A stretch of DNA of 64,000 nt. It comes from Lingula anatina (lineage: Eukaryota > Animalia > Brachiopoda). Location: contig CM120644.1 of assembly GCA_051362555.1 (NCBI GenBank), positions 13,600,567 to 13,664,566 of the forward strand. Direction: 5' to 3'. A program made the translations under genes and the position numbers. Under the pieces are notes generated by a model. The model was given only the letters and a program-made list of their open reading frames with translations, was not told where the DNA came from and made no database searches. Below are positions 41,701 to 50,460 of the stretch, piece by piece. The first letter of the stretch is position 1, and each line of letters begins with the position of its first letter.

Positions 41701-44168
41701 TGTGGGGATTAAATGGCAACCTTCAAGTTGGTCAGCCATATTTGATCTGCAGACTAGTTTGTTCATGGATCAACTGGTTGTCAATACTCTCTTAAACTAG
41801 AAATGACGATAAATATTAATTGACATTGTCACTCGACAGAGGAGATTGCCAATTTCAGAACTTTGGGATTTGTAATGGGTCAAAGTCCAGTCCCAGTTTT
41901 GGGCAGATTCTAAATTTACTTAGGCTCAGTCCCAGCAAGCGGATTGAGCATAGGTGGAATTACGATTTGCCTGAATTAGGATTGAGTTTTTGTCTGAATA
42001 TACATGTATTCACTGTATTGTGCAGTTAATGATTTGGCACATTATTTTTTTAACTGATCTTTTACACACTGTTTGCTGTGTTTTCACGTGTAGACACACA
42101 TTCCTGTTATAAATAACTTGAGAGACTTAGGCTGCATTCACATGAAAAATCTATTTTCTAAAAATCTATTTGCGGTATCTTGTGATCACAGTCTGTGCCC
42201 TGAATACCCTGCGGCGTAATTATTGGCAGTTCGGAGAATTAATTACAGTTTTGGAAGAAACTGGCTTGCGCTGCCCGTAATTACGCTGTGGGATATTCAG
42301 GGCACAGATCATGATCACAAGATACTGCAAATAGATTTTTAGAAAACAGATTTTTCATGTAAAGGCAGGCTTAATTGGCTATACTTTCCATCTTACCTTT
42401 TTTCAGTGTTGAATTTTCAAAGATAATCATATTTGATAAAACTGAAAAATCATTGTATTTTGCCATTGTTTGTGTGCATGTAAGAGAGAGAGAGAGATCA
42501 TGTGTGTGTGAATATTACCCTTGTATTTATAACATTGATATTTGTGATGAAAACAGTGATATTTGGGATGAAAATTTTATTTGCATAATTGGTGCACATT
42601 TTTATCTTTTCACAGTAATTTAAATAAGGGGAATTTAATGTTGTCTGATAAAGGAAACAGAAAAGAAAATAAATTTCAGATAATTTTTCCATTTTCAAAT
42701 ATAAAACAGCAAAAAAAAAAAGAAAAAAAAATGGCATTTTGTGGTTGCTCACTTCATTTTCATTTCTAAGAAATGCTTAAACTTTTGAAGGTCTTATTAT
42801 TAATTAATAAGTTTTTTATGTTTTCAGGAGAGTATAACTTCTTTGAGTCAGAGTGGGACATCCACGTGTTGACAGGATCTTTGAAGTTGTTCTTCCGAGA
42901 GCTTCAGGAGCCAGTCTTCCCATTTGCGGTATTCGATAGGCTAATAGCAGCAATAAGTGAGTGGATTATAAATGAATATGTACGCAAATAGTTTAAGATA
43001 AAAATGTTTAAGTATTTGAAAACTTCTATAACATGAGTGAGCTATTTGTCTCTGGCATTTGTTAGAGTGGACACGTTTTGGAAGTGGCACAATTCACATC
43101 TTTTGTTTTCTTTTGTAATTTATTGCAACAAGTTGTGTTTCATTTGTATTGTATTATATTGTTTTCTAAATTTTTTTTTTATTTGGGGGGGGGGAAAGGG
43201 GGGTTATATTTTGAAAAAAGTTAACAGTTTTGGTACTTATTCCTGTATTACATTTATTAATGTACTCAGTAAACTGTAATTAAAGCCAGCAAACTGTAAT
43301 TACAAACAGAGGAATACATGATTTTTAAAACCTACACTTCCGTGTTACCTTTGCAGAAGGAGACCCATCTAAACGAATACCAATGTTACGAGATATTGTA
43401 AAGACGCTACCGCGCCCAAACTACGACACCCTCAAAGTATTATTTGAACACCTTAATAGGTAAGTGGATGAACTGGTTGTGAACATAGCCAAAGTTAACT
43501 GTCAAGTATATGTCAGGTAGAAAATTCGTTGCAGGTGTCACTTGAAAGGAGCACCATATCAGTTTTTTCAGGGGCGGATTTAGGCCGTCTTCTGGGTCTT
43601 CTGGAAGACGGTCAGATTTTCAAGTTTACATTGACGGGTGTCTAATTTTTTCTGTCGGAAGACGGTCAAAAATAGAGGATGAATCAACAAAGATAATTTG
43701 CAAGACTGTCAGAAAATTTCTCTGGATCCGCCCCTGTTGTTGGTGACAAACATTTAAACTGGGATGCAGTTTCATTGCTTGCTGTGGACCCTTCAGTGTC
43801 CTTCATTAGTGCCCCCTTGAAAGTTTCCATTTTTAAAGAAGTATTTGAAGTAAATGAACAAACAGATGAGTGATTCATGTCGGTTTCTTGTTGAGATTCA
43901 ATTTGTGTATTGAATTGAATGTAGTGCTTTGTCGTTTTACATACTGATCTTTTTTTACCCAGTGTTAAGATTTCCCTCTTTTTTATATTCTTACAGGGTT
44001 ATAGGAAGAAGCAATGAAAACAGGATGCAGGTTCAAAACATTGCCATCGTATTCGGTCCCACACTGATGTGGCCGGAAAAAGAAAGCCACAACATGGCCA
44101 TCAGTATGATGTTCCAAAGCAATATAGTAGAAGTGATGCTAACAGAGTATCAGAATATTTTCAGATAG
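2187..44168 (+). CDS. ARHGAP12: Rho GTPase-activating protein of the ARHGAP12/27/15/9 family (SH3-WW-PH-RPEL-RhoGAP); 18 coding exons, about 1171 aa longest model
   Basis: All exons join in frame through GT-AG introns. SH3 (VLYDYDY..KDWWHV..FYVPAAYV), WW (GWEEHLDETTGRTYYYN..SWNPP; WLCSQDDQGRTYYY..AWELP), PH (EKRGYL..KNWSQ..LFFYKD..EWHSDI), RPEL-like (FLKKRPTMESLQEQGIL) and RhoGAP (GIYRVSG, LKLFFREL, NRM..QNIAIVFGPTL) are all present. The symbol indicates family-level orthology only. Confidence 0.92.
3398..3610. mobile_element. MITE-like element with AGATCGATCT subterminal motifs; second copy at 58172-58400 in opposite orientation
   Basis: Shared internal sequence (cgacctaactccctgggggttcac; taatctagtgagactc) with the 58.2-kb copy; imperfect TIRs. 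Confidence 0.7.
5031..5238. mobile_element. MITE with TIR ccccctttacactgga...tccagtgtaaaggggg
   Basis: Perfect 16-bp terminal inverted repeat that extends imperfectly inward. Confidence 0.7.
10260..10580 (+). CDS. ARHGAP12: RhoGAP gene exon 2: first WW domain
   Basis: Acceptor ctttcacag|GAC, WW motif, phase-0 donor CCT|gtaggt. Confidence 0.88.
11717..11805. repeat. (CA)n microsatellite (others: TA 7618-7648, TG/GA 9303-9363, CA 12015-12048, CT 23740-23787, CA 34166-34220)
   Basis: Read directly from the sequence. Confidence 0.95.
12908..13057 (+). CDS. ARHGAP12: RhoGAP gene exon 3: degenerate WW (LPRGWKQEVNDGGEVTFVNDGLGEK)
   Basis: tctacag|GCG ... AAG|gtattt; 150 nt, phase 0-0. Confidence 0.85.
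13606..13695 (+). CDS. ARHGAP12: RhoGAP gene exon 4: WW (WLCSQDDQGRTYYYKEDGSESAWELPEMPK)
   Basis: tttttag|TGG ... AAG|gtaagt; 90 nt, phase 0-0. Confidence 0.9.
17511..17636 (+). CDS. Candidate alternative first coding exon A (MDSVLVEIVHTTVRLTSVLPRRSLKRLIEHKNPPKAEENGAQ)
   Basis: acaATGG start, 42 open codons, phase-0 donor CAG|gtatgt compatible with the exon at 27887. Confidence 0.5.
17846..17990. mobile_element. Degraded copy of the CAG(G/T)GGCG-terminus MITE seen at 43570-43735
   Basis: Shared ggaaga(t/c)ggtcaga...atcaacaaagataatttg(g/c)aagactgtcagaaaat. Confidence 0.65.
21975..22061 (+). CDS. Candidate alternative first coding exon B (MDFDFDSNNNGVRLKRVRILSYRRWLSNV)
   Basis: aaaaATGG start, 29 codons, phase-0 donor GTG|gtatgt compatible with the exon at 27887. 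Confidence 0.5.
22170..22375. mobile_element. MITE family (gggcctgttcagaac...gttctaaagagactc); related copies at 41587-41793 and a half copy at 6190-6248
   Basis: Imperfect inverted arms; shared gatcaaatatggc / gccatatttgatc motifs. Confidence 0.6.
23007..23227. repeat. Two-copy direct repeat of about 100 bp (period about 122 bp)
   Basis: tttcacaaaatggct...ttagaccccaaatttagcctactt...aaatccacagttacaag occurs twice. Confidence 0.85.
27887..28105 (+). CDS. ARHGAP12: RhoGAP gene exon 5: low-complexity linker (LDYERQFSNDSQ...SFLHL)
   Basis: Polypyrimidine cttcag|TTG acceptor and GC-rich codon-like composition. Donor CTT|gttagt, with an alternative in-frame donor after 28045. Confidence 0.75.
28221..28419. 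mobile_element. Foldback/hairpin MITE with arms of about 80 bp
   Basis: gagagcatt..gaggtctagcaaggccgagacc..acctacatgaaaggaagac mirrors gtcttcctttcatgtaggt..ggtctcggccttgctagacctc..aatgctctc. Confidence 0.8.
29145..29402. mobile_element. PIF/Harbinger-type palindromic MITE
   Basis: TIR ggcttcgttcacat...atgtgaatgaagcc flanked by a TAA/TAA 3-bp TSD; almost fully self-complementary. Confidence 0.85.
30665..30706 (+). CDS. ARHGAP12: RhoGAP gene micro-exon 6 (YSHRKKGPAPQPPK)
   Basis: Long polypyrimidine tract, cgacag|TAT ... AAG|gtagta; 42 nt, phase 0-0. Confidence 0.7.
30868..30978. mobile_element. Short TIR element (ttccacaaccctatcatacta...tagtatgataggtttgtgggaa)
   Basis: Inverted arms of about 21 bp with internal agatcga motifs. 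Confidence 0.55.
32461..32528 (+). CDS. Candidate alternative first coding exon C (MASTLTQVSSGWMKISERCIND-L), phase 2
   Basis: aaaaATGG start and donor TT|gtgagt in phase 2, which joins in frame to exon 34035 (KNWSQ). Confidence 0.4.
33076..33240. repeat. Minisatellite, unit of about 41-43 bp, 4 copies
   Basis: tgaacaaatca(a/g)cttagaaaa..atattaatataac repeated four times. Confidence 0.9.
33623..33684 (+). CDS. ARHGAP12: RhoGAP gene exon 7: PH domain start (PPEKRGYLKVTKIMDGNKKLK)
   Basis: ttccag|CCT ... AA|gtaaga; phase 0-2. Confidence 0.88.
34035..34113 (+). CDS. ARHGAP12: RhoGAP gene exon 8: PH (KNWSQIFIVLTGPKLFFYKDTKSAVG)
   Basis: ttgcag|G ... GGG|gtaaga; phase 2-0. Confidence 0.9.
34487..34579 (+). 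CDS. ARHGAP12: RhoGAP gene exon 9: PH (QQGKPDQEFEVGKMDVEWAGKEVSSKKNTIQ)
   Basis: ttttag|CAG (NAGNAG acceptor) ... CAG|gtatca; family-typical SSKKN motif. Confidence 0.88.
35370..35477 (+). CDS. ARHGAP12: RhoGAP gene exon 10: PH C-terminal helix (...YLLQQDDQGVMQEWHSDISKAIKRF)
   Basis: tttcag|TTA ... TTT|gtaaga; conserved PH tryptophan. Confidence 0.88.
35846..36725 (+). CDS. ARHGAP12: RhoGAP gene exon 11: long Ser/Lys-rich linker; internal alternative donor after 35993
   Basis: ttcag|AGA acceptor and an 880-nt open frame. Phase-1 donors A|gtaagt (36725), G|gtaaaa (36719) and A|gtgagt (35993). Confidence 0.72.
38719..38826 (+). CDS. ARHGAP12: RhoGAP gene exon 12 (TGFRRSLKKSKFRQRASVKQTSELKVESQENESSE), symmetric phase 1-1
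   Basis: tattacag|CT ... G|gttgat; 108 nt open. Confidence 0.65.
40115..40264 (+). CDS. ARHGAP12: RhoGAP gene exon 13: RPEL-like motif (KIRDRLLKFLKKRPTMESLQEQGILQ)
   Basis: ttccag|CC ... G|gttaac; phase 1-1. Confidence 0.88.
40628..40726 (+). CDS. ARHGAP12: RhoGAP gene exon 14 (ESVFGSHLDRLCERERTTVPIFVKRCIQAIENK)
   Basis: tttacag|AG ... G|gtatga; start of the RhoGAP domain. Confidence 0.92.
40922..40999 (+). CDS. ARHGAP12: RhoGAP gene exon 15: arginine finger (GLSIDGIYRVSGNLAQVQKLRCAVDQ)
   Basis: tttcag|GT ... G|gtgagg; catalytic Arg intact. Confidence 0.93.
42130..42370. mobile_element. Second copy of the Harbinger-type palindromic MITE
   Basis: ggctgcattcacatg...catgtaaaggcaggc with TTA/TTA flanks; internal gtctgtgccctgaata shared with the 29145 copy. 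Confidence 0.8.
42828..42956 (+). CDS. ARHGAP12: RhoGAP gene exon 16 (EYNFFESEWDIHVLTGSLKLFFRELQEPVFPF...)
   Basis: ttttcag|GA ... A|gtgagt. Confidence 0.93.
43357..43459 (+). CDS. ARHGAP12: RhoGAP gene exon 17 (KGDPSKRIPMLRDIVKTLPRPNYDTLKVLFEHLNR)
   Basis: ttgcag|AA ... AG|gtaagt; phase 1-2. Confidence 0.92.
43569..43735. mobile_element. hAT-like MITE, TIR caggggcggat...atccgcccctg
   Basis: 11-bp perfect TIR; family also at 656, 17846, 48098 and 57946. Confidence 0.75.
43997..44168 (+). CDS. ARHGAP12: RhoGAP gene last coding exon (VIGRSNENRMQVQNIAIVFGPTLMWP...EYQNIFR*)
   Basis: ttacag|G acceptor, RhoGAP C-terminal motif, TAG stop. Confidence 0.93.
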
Positions 44169-46927
44169 CAACTTACACTGGATCTTGTAATAGTTTGAGA
44201 AGTAAATTGATAAGGACTGCACAGGACAGTACCTGGTATAAGAGTACGGAGAAAAAGAGGCCAACTTGAACAGATTTAGTCATGTTGGAGTTCTTATATA
44301 GACAGCAGTCAAGTTGTAAGTCAAGTTGTATTTGTTCCTTCTTTCATTGGAGAACAAGATAAATACAGAAGGCTTCATTGAGATTGCCTTCTTCAACCAA
44401 TGTGTGTGCTATGTGTCAGACAGCATTGGTGCCTTTTGCATAGAGATTGTGAAAATGAAAGACTTTGAGTGAATTAAGCCCTGTCCACTAAAGCAAAGCA
44501 AAGTTTATGCTAAACAATGGAACAGTGAAAAACTGCACCTTAAAAAAATATTTTTTAAAAAAACCACTCTGATGCCAAATACAACAGGAATCCTTTGTAT
44601 TTCTTCATCTGTCTTGCTCTCATTCAGCCAGGGTGAAAATTGACTCTCTGTTGAAAATCTTAATCCATGGGCAACAAAGTGTTACTACACAGGTAATTTA
44701 CGGAATCAAATATGGAGTTGAGACAGTTTTCAAAATGAGCCTCACAAATGGATGGTCATTCAATATACATCGCAGGTGTACAGTGTTTATTGCCAGAGAT
44801 GATATATATGATTCTTTCAATGGCTGAATGGTGAATTGCAACCTGACTTAAAGGCTAAGTTTAGTATTCAGAATGAATAAGTAGAGATAGACACTTGCCA
44901 TTGAAATGATATTATATGATGGTTTTTTGACTGTAATTTAAGTCATGCCAGTTGGAAAAGTGTGTCCTTGAAAAATCAGACAGAGGAATTGCAACATCAC
45001 TGGTTATGTTATTCAGTGGTTATTTCGATTGAATTCATTAAGGTAATAGATTGAAAGAAGGGTGTGGTATTTGAAACACTGAATTTGGAACAAATTGAGG
45101 CAGTAGATGATTCCAGACATGTGATCAAAACTGATGGAATTTGTGTAGGAGTCACAGCAGTTTTTCTGAAGTTGTAGAGAGATAATTGTACCCTAAACAG
45201 AGGTTTTGCCCATAAGTGAACTTTGATTTGCTGGTAAATTTATGAAAAAATTCCCAGTTAAAAAGAAAAGCTCCTTTGGAATTACAAAATAGAAGTAAGG
45301 AAGCAACTATGAAGCAGCAGGCACCAAGAAGTCTTTTAATGCTGCCAAAATGGTTCCCCAAACAATTGGAATACTGGTGACTTCAATCACCAAATGTTAT
45401 ATCTCTTAACAATGACTTAATATCAAATTTGATAGGGTATATTTGTGATGGTGCTCATAGTGCACACTAAGGTTGTGAAAAGAGCAAAAACGGTTTAAGT
45501 TTAGTGACTTAAGAAGGATCACAAGTGCTAAAAGTATGTTGTTTTTTCTGTGATGGATTTTCCTGCCTTTGACTTGTGTCCTTTCTTTACTGAATGTAAG
45601 GAGGTAAATTGGAAGCTAAGCAAGTACAAGAGTTCAAAATATGGGTCCAGTGAATGTATTTGGAAGTCATATAAGGTTATGACTTTGTTCGTTACCCATT
45701 TATTATACAATCTGACAGTTCAAAATGTCTAAGTAAGCTTTCCATTAAGTATTTTTAAGACGTTTATGTGAGTTAAATAATCAAATTATGGGTAAGTAGA
45801 AGTATTATTGTAAATATTTACATTGAACACAAATAGACGAATTGCAATTCATTCCAAATGAAAATGGTATGGATATTCCACCATTATAAGGAAAGAGTGT
45901 TTGTAGAAGATACACATGATTTTTGTTTTTTATGTATATATACAGATGCACAGCTTCAAAAGACATAAATAATTTTTATTACTTAAAAGTTTGAAGCAAA
46001 AACTGTGTACAGTGTACACTTAATTTGCATAATTTTATTTAATGTACTATTATATTGATAACAAAAGTAGTAAAACCAATTTACAGGCATTGACTTATTA
46101 TTTCCAACCAATGCAAGAAATGAATACTTATTATTGTTTGTACCATGTGAAAACATTGATTGTGATTAGTAGAATAAGATTATCATTTTAAAAGATTATT
46201 ATTTTACAGAATGATTGAAACATAGGTAATATAGTAATTTTGTTCTGTATAAGATATACAGAAGTTGTGGTTATTATGTCACGTATCTCTGATTTAACAA
46301 TGATGTATAAGTAAACTGTGTAGTGATTAGGTCTAATCAATGAAACCTATGCATTCCTTTGTGTTTGTCAGGTTAATAAAGTCTAAGTTTTCATCAGTAT
46401 ATTAACAAGTAAATATTCGTATATAATTCTTTGTCGGTGTATTTTTTATTTCCAGCAGAAGATATATATATATCCCGGTATATATATTTTCCACTTTGGT
46501 TAAATGTAGCATACACAATCTACATTTCAAATTTGAAAAGATTGGTTTTTAAATAAGAACTTCAGCTAGATTTATGGAATGCATGGATATTTTGGATTTA
46601 ATGCCCTTAAAAGTAGGGTTAACTTCAGTCCATATTAATATGAATTTTTTAAATGTTCTTCAAGTATATATTTCAAGGTTGGAGAAAATAAAAGGGGGTA
46701 ATGTTGTTTATTGGAATGGCATGTTATTTTGAAGGAGTAACGTTAAATTAATGTTATGGATTAATTGAGTATGGTAGACGAGAGACATGAAGAGATGCAA
46801 GTTTTTTCAGTGTTAGTGAATTGTGTTGATATAAAAATGTTCAGAGTTAAGCAAGCTGTTTAACAATCAGTAGGGTCAAATTAAAGCATGTATAAATACA
46901 AGTTTTTTAATGTTACTATATTGTGTT

Positions 46928-46933
46928 AATAAA
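46928..46933 (+). terminator. Candidate polyadenylation signal of the RhoGAP gene (3' UTR about 2.8 kb; alternative AATAAA at 46375)
   Basis: AATAAA followed about 20 nt later by the GT/T-rich tract ttgtggtgttttttt. Confidence 0.45.
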
Positions 46934-47311
46934 AAAATTGTTCACAGTTAATTGTGGTGTTTTTTTTATTTGTTTTGATATCAAGTTGATAGTAGGTCCC
47001 TGTTGATAGTTTCACCAATGAAAATGAGACTGAAAGTTTGTTTTCACTGTAGGACCACCAATTTGATACTTAAAACGAGGAAGAAAAATCTGTTGTAGTT
47101 CCCTATAATACAGTAATCATTAGTCTAAAATACCATCTAACCAGCTTTTCTCCTAATCAGACCCAGCGAGTTTGTGACTTTCAATGCCATCGACCTACTT
47201 TCGATCTTTCTTGTATGTGTTAATATATGTACAATTTATGTGTGAAAGGGATAACAACATTTTGGCCAGAAAGTGGATTTCCTGGGGAAAAAGACAATTT
47301 CCCATACTTAA

Positions 47312-47926
47312 AGGCATAATAACTCTTTGTATGAGACCTATATTTCACAATAAAAACCTTGTGAATAACTCATAGAAATATAATATATTCTGTTTTACCA
47401 CAAAAACAGCAGTTATAGCTTTTATTCTGATATTTGAACTTGTCTTTAGACCACGTGACCTCCATTGATGTCTATACTCTGTTAAAATCTCTTAAGAGAT
47501 TTTAACAAAAAACCAAACTTTTTAGAAAAAAACCAGGGACTAACTTTGAATGTAAAAATGGATTCATTTACCATTGGTAAGTATGGGAAAATTGTTGTTT
47601 ACTCCAGGAAAATTCATTTTTTGGCCGAAACGAAGAGTTATTATTGCTTTAACAATGGTTAATGAATTCATTCCAACGTTCAGAGTTGGTCCTTGTTTGT
47701 TTTTTCTAAAAAGTTTGATTTTTTGTAATATTCTCTTAAGAGATTATTACTGAGTGGCGCCATCTATGGAGGTCACACGTCATGATGGCAAGTACAAATT
47801 CCAGAAATATCGCATTTACTGCTGTTTTGGTGGTAAAACAGAATTGATTATTATAATTATATTTCTATGTTGTTTACAATGTATTTTTTGTTAAATATGG
47901 ATATTATACGAACAGTTGTTATCCCT
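47312..47926. mobile_element. Long foldback element with TTAA flanks and AGG...CCT termini (Kolobok-like, non-autonomous)
   Basis: Imperfect inverted arms of about 260 bp (e.g. attctgttttaccac..aaaacagcagt / actgctgtttt..ggtaaaacagaat; aaactttttagaaaaaa / ttttttctaaaaagttt); ttaa on both sides. Confidence 0.65.
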
Positions 47927-50090
47927 TTAATATACTGTAAATGTAAAATTTTATGCCACCGCCAGTAGTATTCATATATATAGGTATACAAAAACTGTGG
48001 AAGTTTATTTTCCAATTTCAGAAACGGAGAAATGGAGTAAAATGTAAGGACCATGGGGCAACTATCCATGCTCTTTACTGCTGCTCCCATGGCTAGCAGG
48101 GGCGGATCCAGGATTATTTGAAGGGGGGGGGGCTGATTTTTCAGGAATAACAGGCCGACTCTCGGCCCCCTTGGAGTGTTTTTGAGGGCAAACAGTTTGA
48201 ACGGTAAAGAACTATAAAACAACTAGTCAAATTTCTAATTCCAAAAGGGGAATACCAGTGTGATTCTTTTTTTCAGAAACCGGAGGGGGGGTCAGGGGTC
48301 TTTTTAATTGTAAAAAACAAACATTTTGGATAATATTCGCACGTTACAATACTAACAAAAATTAGACTACACTTAAGGGGTTACGAGATGCACACTCATT
48401 TTACTGGCACATTTTGTCCTCAACTTCAAGTACATTTTTCACAATGCCTTTTAATGAATATTTGGCAAATAACTGTCAATGAGAATGCAATTTTGTGTAA
48501 AACAATTAACTGTGCCCTGTCATCATACCGTCTAACTTATCATGGATATAACTTAAGATTCTGTCAATGGCTGAAATATTACAAAAACATCAAACAACTA
48601 AAAATAATGACCTGCGACAAAGGACCTCACTTTTTTTTTTTTTTTTTTTTTTTCAATTTTTAAAAGCCAGGTGACACTGCGAACGTAGCGGCGATCTATT
48701 TATTGCGTTATTTAAAATAAGTATTAACATCGGCATTTTCTGAAACATCACATTGATTTTGTACATTAGATTGGAGAGAGTGAGATGGCGCTGCCTACAA
48801 CAATTATATGGTTTAAATTTTAGATTGATTTTTATGTCAGAACAGGTAAAGATATCTATTTCTTTATTTATTTTTGCAATGATTTTTTAATATTTTTGCA
48901 GTGATTTTTAAAAGTTGTAATACTGATGTAAGTAAAATTCCACTTGGACAAACAAATTTTCTCTCGTTAATTCTTAATATTTTTAAAATGAAATGCTAAA
49001 TGGGCCTATAAATTGAGAATCAGTGAGTATTCTCGTGGCAGGCGAAGCAAGTCCTGAGTTTCAAGCAGTATCGATCACCTTACTTAAAAAACACAAATGG
49101 AGCTGTTACGTGCCTGGCCATGAAAACATTGATAACGAGCATTTGATCTATTAGCATGTAAGCTCTAGTGTTAGGTTGTGTGATCGCCAGGGAGATGTGA
49201 AAGAAGGCCAGTGACCTCTCAGACTTATAGTAATGTTAAAACGCGTATTAAAAAGTGCAGTTTTCAACTAAAGTTCAAGGGGATAAAATGAACGTATAAA
49301 TGAAAATATTTAATTTCAATTTTAATCTTATTGTCTTATTTTTTTTTTTTTTTCGTTTTTTTTTCTCTACTCATGCCACTGGCATCAGAGTGCTGATAAC
49401 CCGAGGTCACGAATGGAGGCGTCCGTTGTTAATTATTACTTATATCTGTAGATCTTTGATGTGCCAAAGTATTCATGTTTCTGCTGCCTGGTCTAATTTT
49501 ACCAAGATTTTTCATGTGGCCTACTGCTGCTTTCTTTCGTTTCGTAAAATCACAATAACTTGTTTTTCATTTCTCAGAATAACAACCCAGTTGGTTACAA
49601 AATATGTTTTATAGTACTGAGATGGCTGTACATGCTAAGTCCAGTGTACTTTCAATTGACTTACAACAATTCACTACAATCAAAACAATCATGCTCCCTC
49701 GGGCTGCCTCGAAAATGCAGTCACCCTACGCCCTATTACATAATCCACATTTTGGATCAGTGTTTGAATACACACGTTCTATAGTGGCCTTCAAGAAGTG
49801 AGAAGTTCACGGCTACCTGTACCAGTTTAACGGACATCGGGTCTATTATAATTTGGGGGAGAAGGTATGTTGTTCAGAAATTGTCATCAATTTTGGCTGT
49901 ACATTTCGAAGTCACTGCTTAGTACTTATTACTCTTATTATACTATAAAACGATAAACAGAATAATCAAAATAAGAATAGTTTTTTAAATGTGTATGTCA
50001 AAAAGATATTTTTGGGCATCACTATCAAACGCCACCCCCTAAAGACAAGTTGACCAGAAACGCTACCATGTGACTTTACCTCAATGAAGG

Positions 50091-50125
50091 TATAAAAGCG
50101 CGAAATTTTGAAATTGCGTTCATTC
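50091..50125 (+). promoter_or_regulatory. Candidate core promoter: TATAAAA (50091), GCGCGAAA E2F-like and TTTGAA CHR-like sites, Inr-like TCATTC about 30 nt after the TATA
   Basis: Motif spacing seen directly; a CpG-richer segment follows (50120-50400). Confidence 0.35.
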
Positions 50126-50460
50126 AACGCAGACAAATCTGGAGGAACAAGAAGGATGCCATGTACTGCGCCCAGTATCAAGCACAAAGGACACAGGAAT
50201 CAACTCGCATTTCTCCGAATCTCTTTCTCGTCCCAAGTCATCGCATCGCTCATCGACATGTTTCTTGCACACACAGTCGTCTGGACGGTGGATTCGACGT
50301 TTCTCTAAGCTGGCCAGCTAAAACCTTCGCTTCTCTCCACAAGGAATCGTCGCTCGGAATTCTTCGCAGGATACATCGTCGGCTTTCTGTTGTTGAGGAC
50401 TATGTTGTTGTAGGGTTATTGTATATATTTTCATGCATTCCAGGTTTCTTCTTATTGTAT

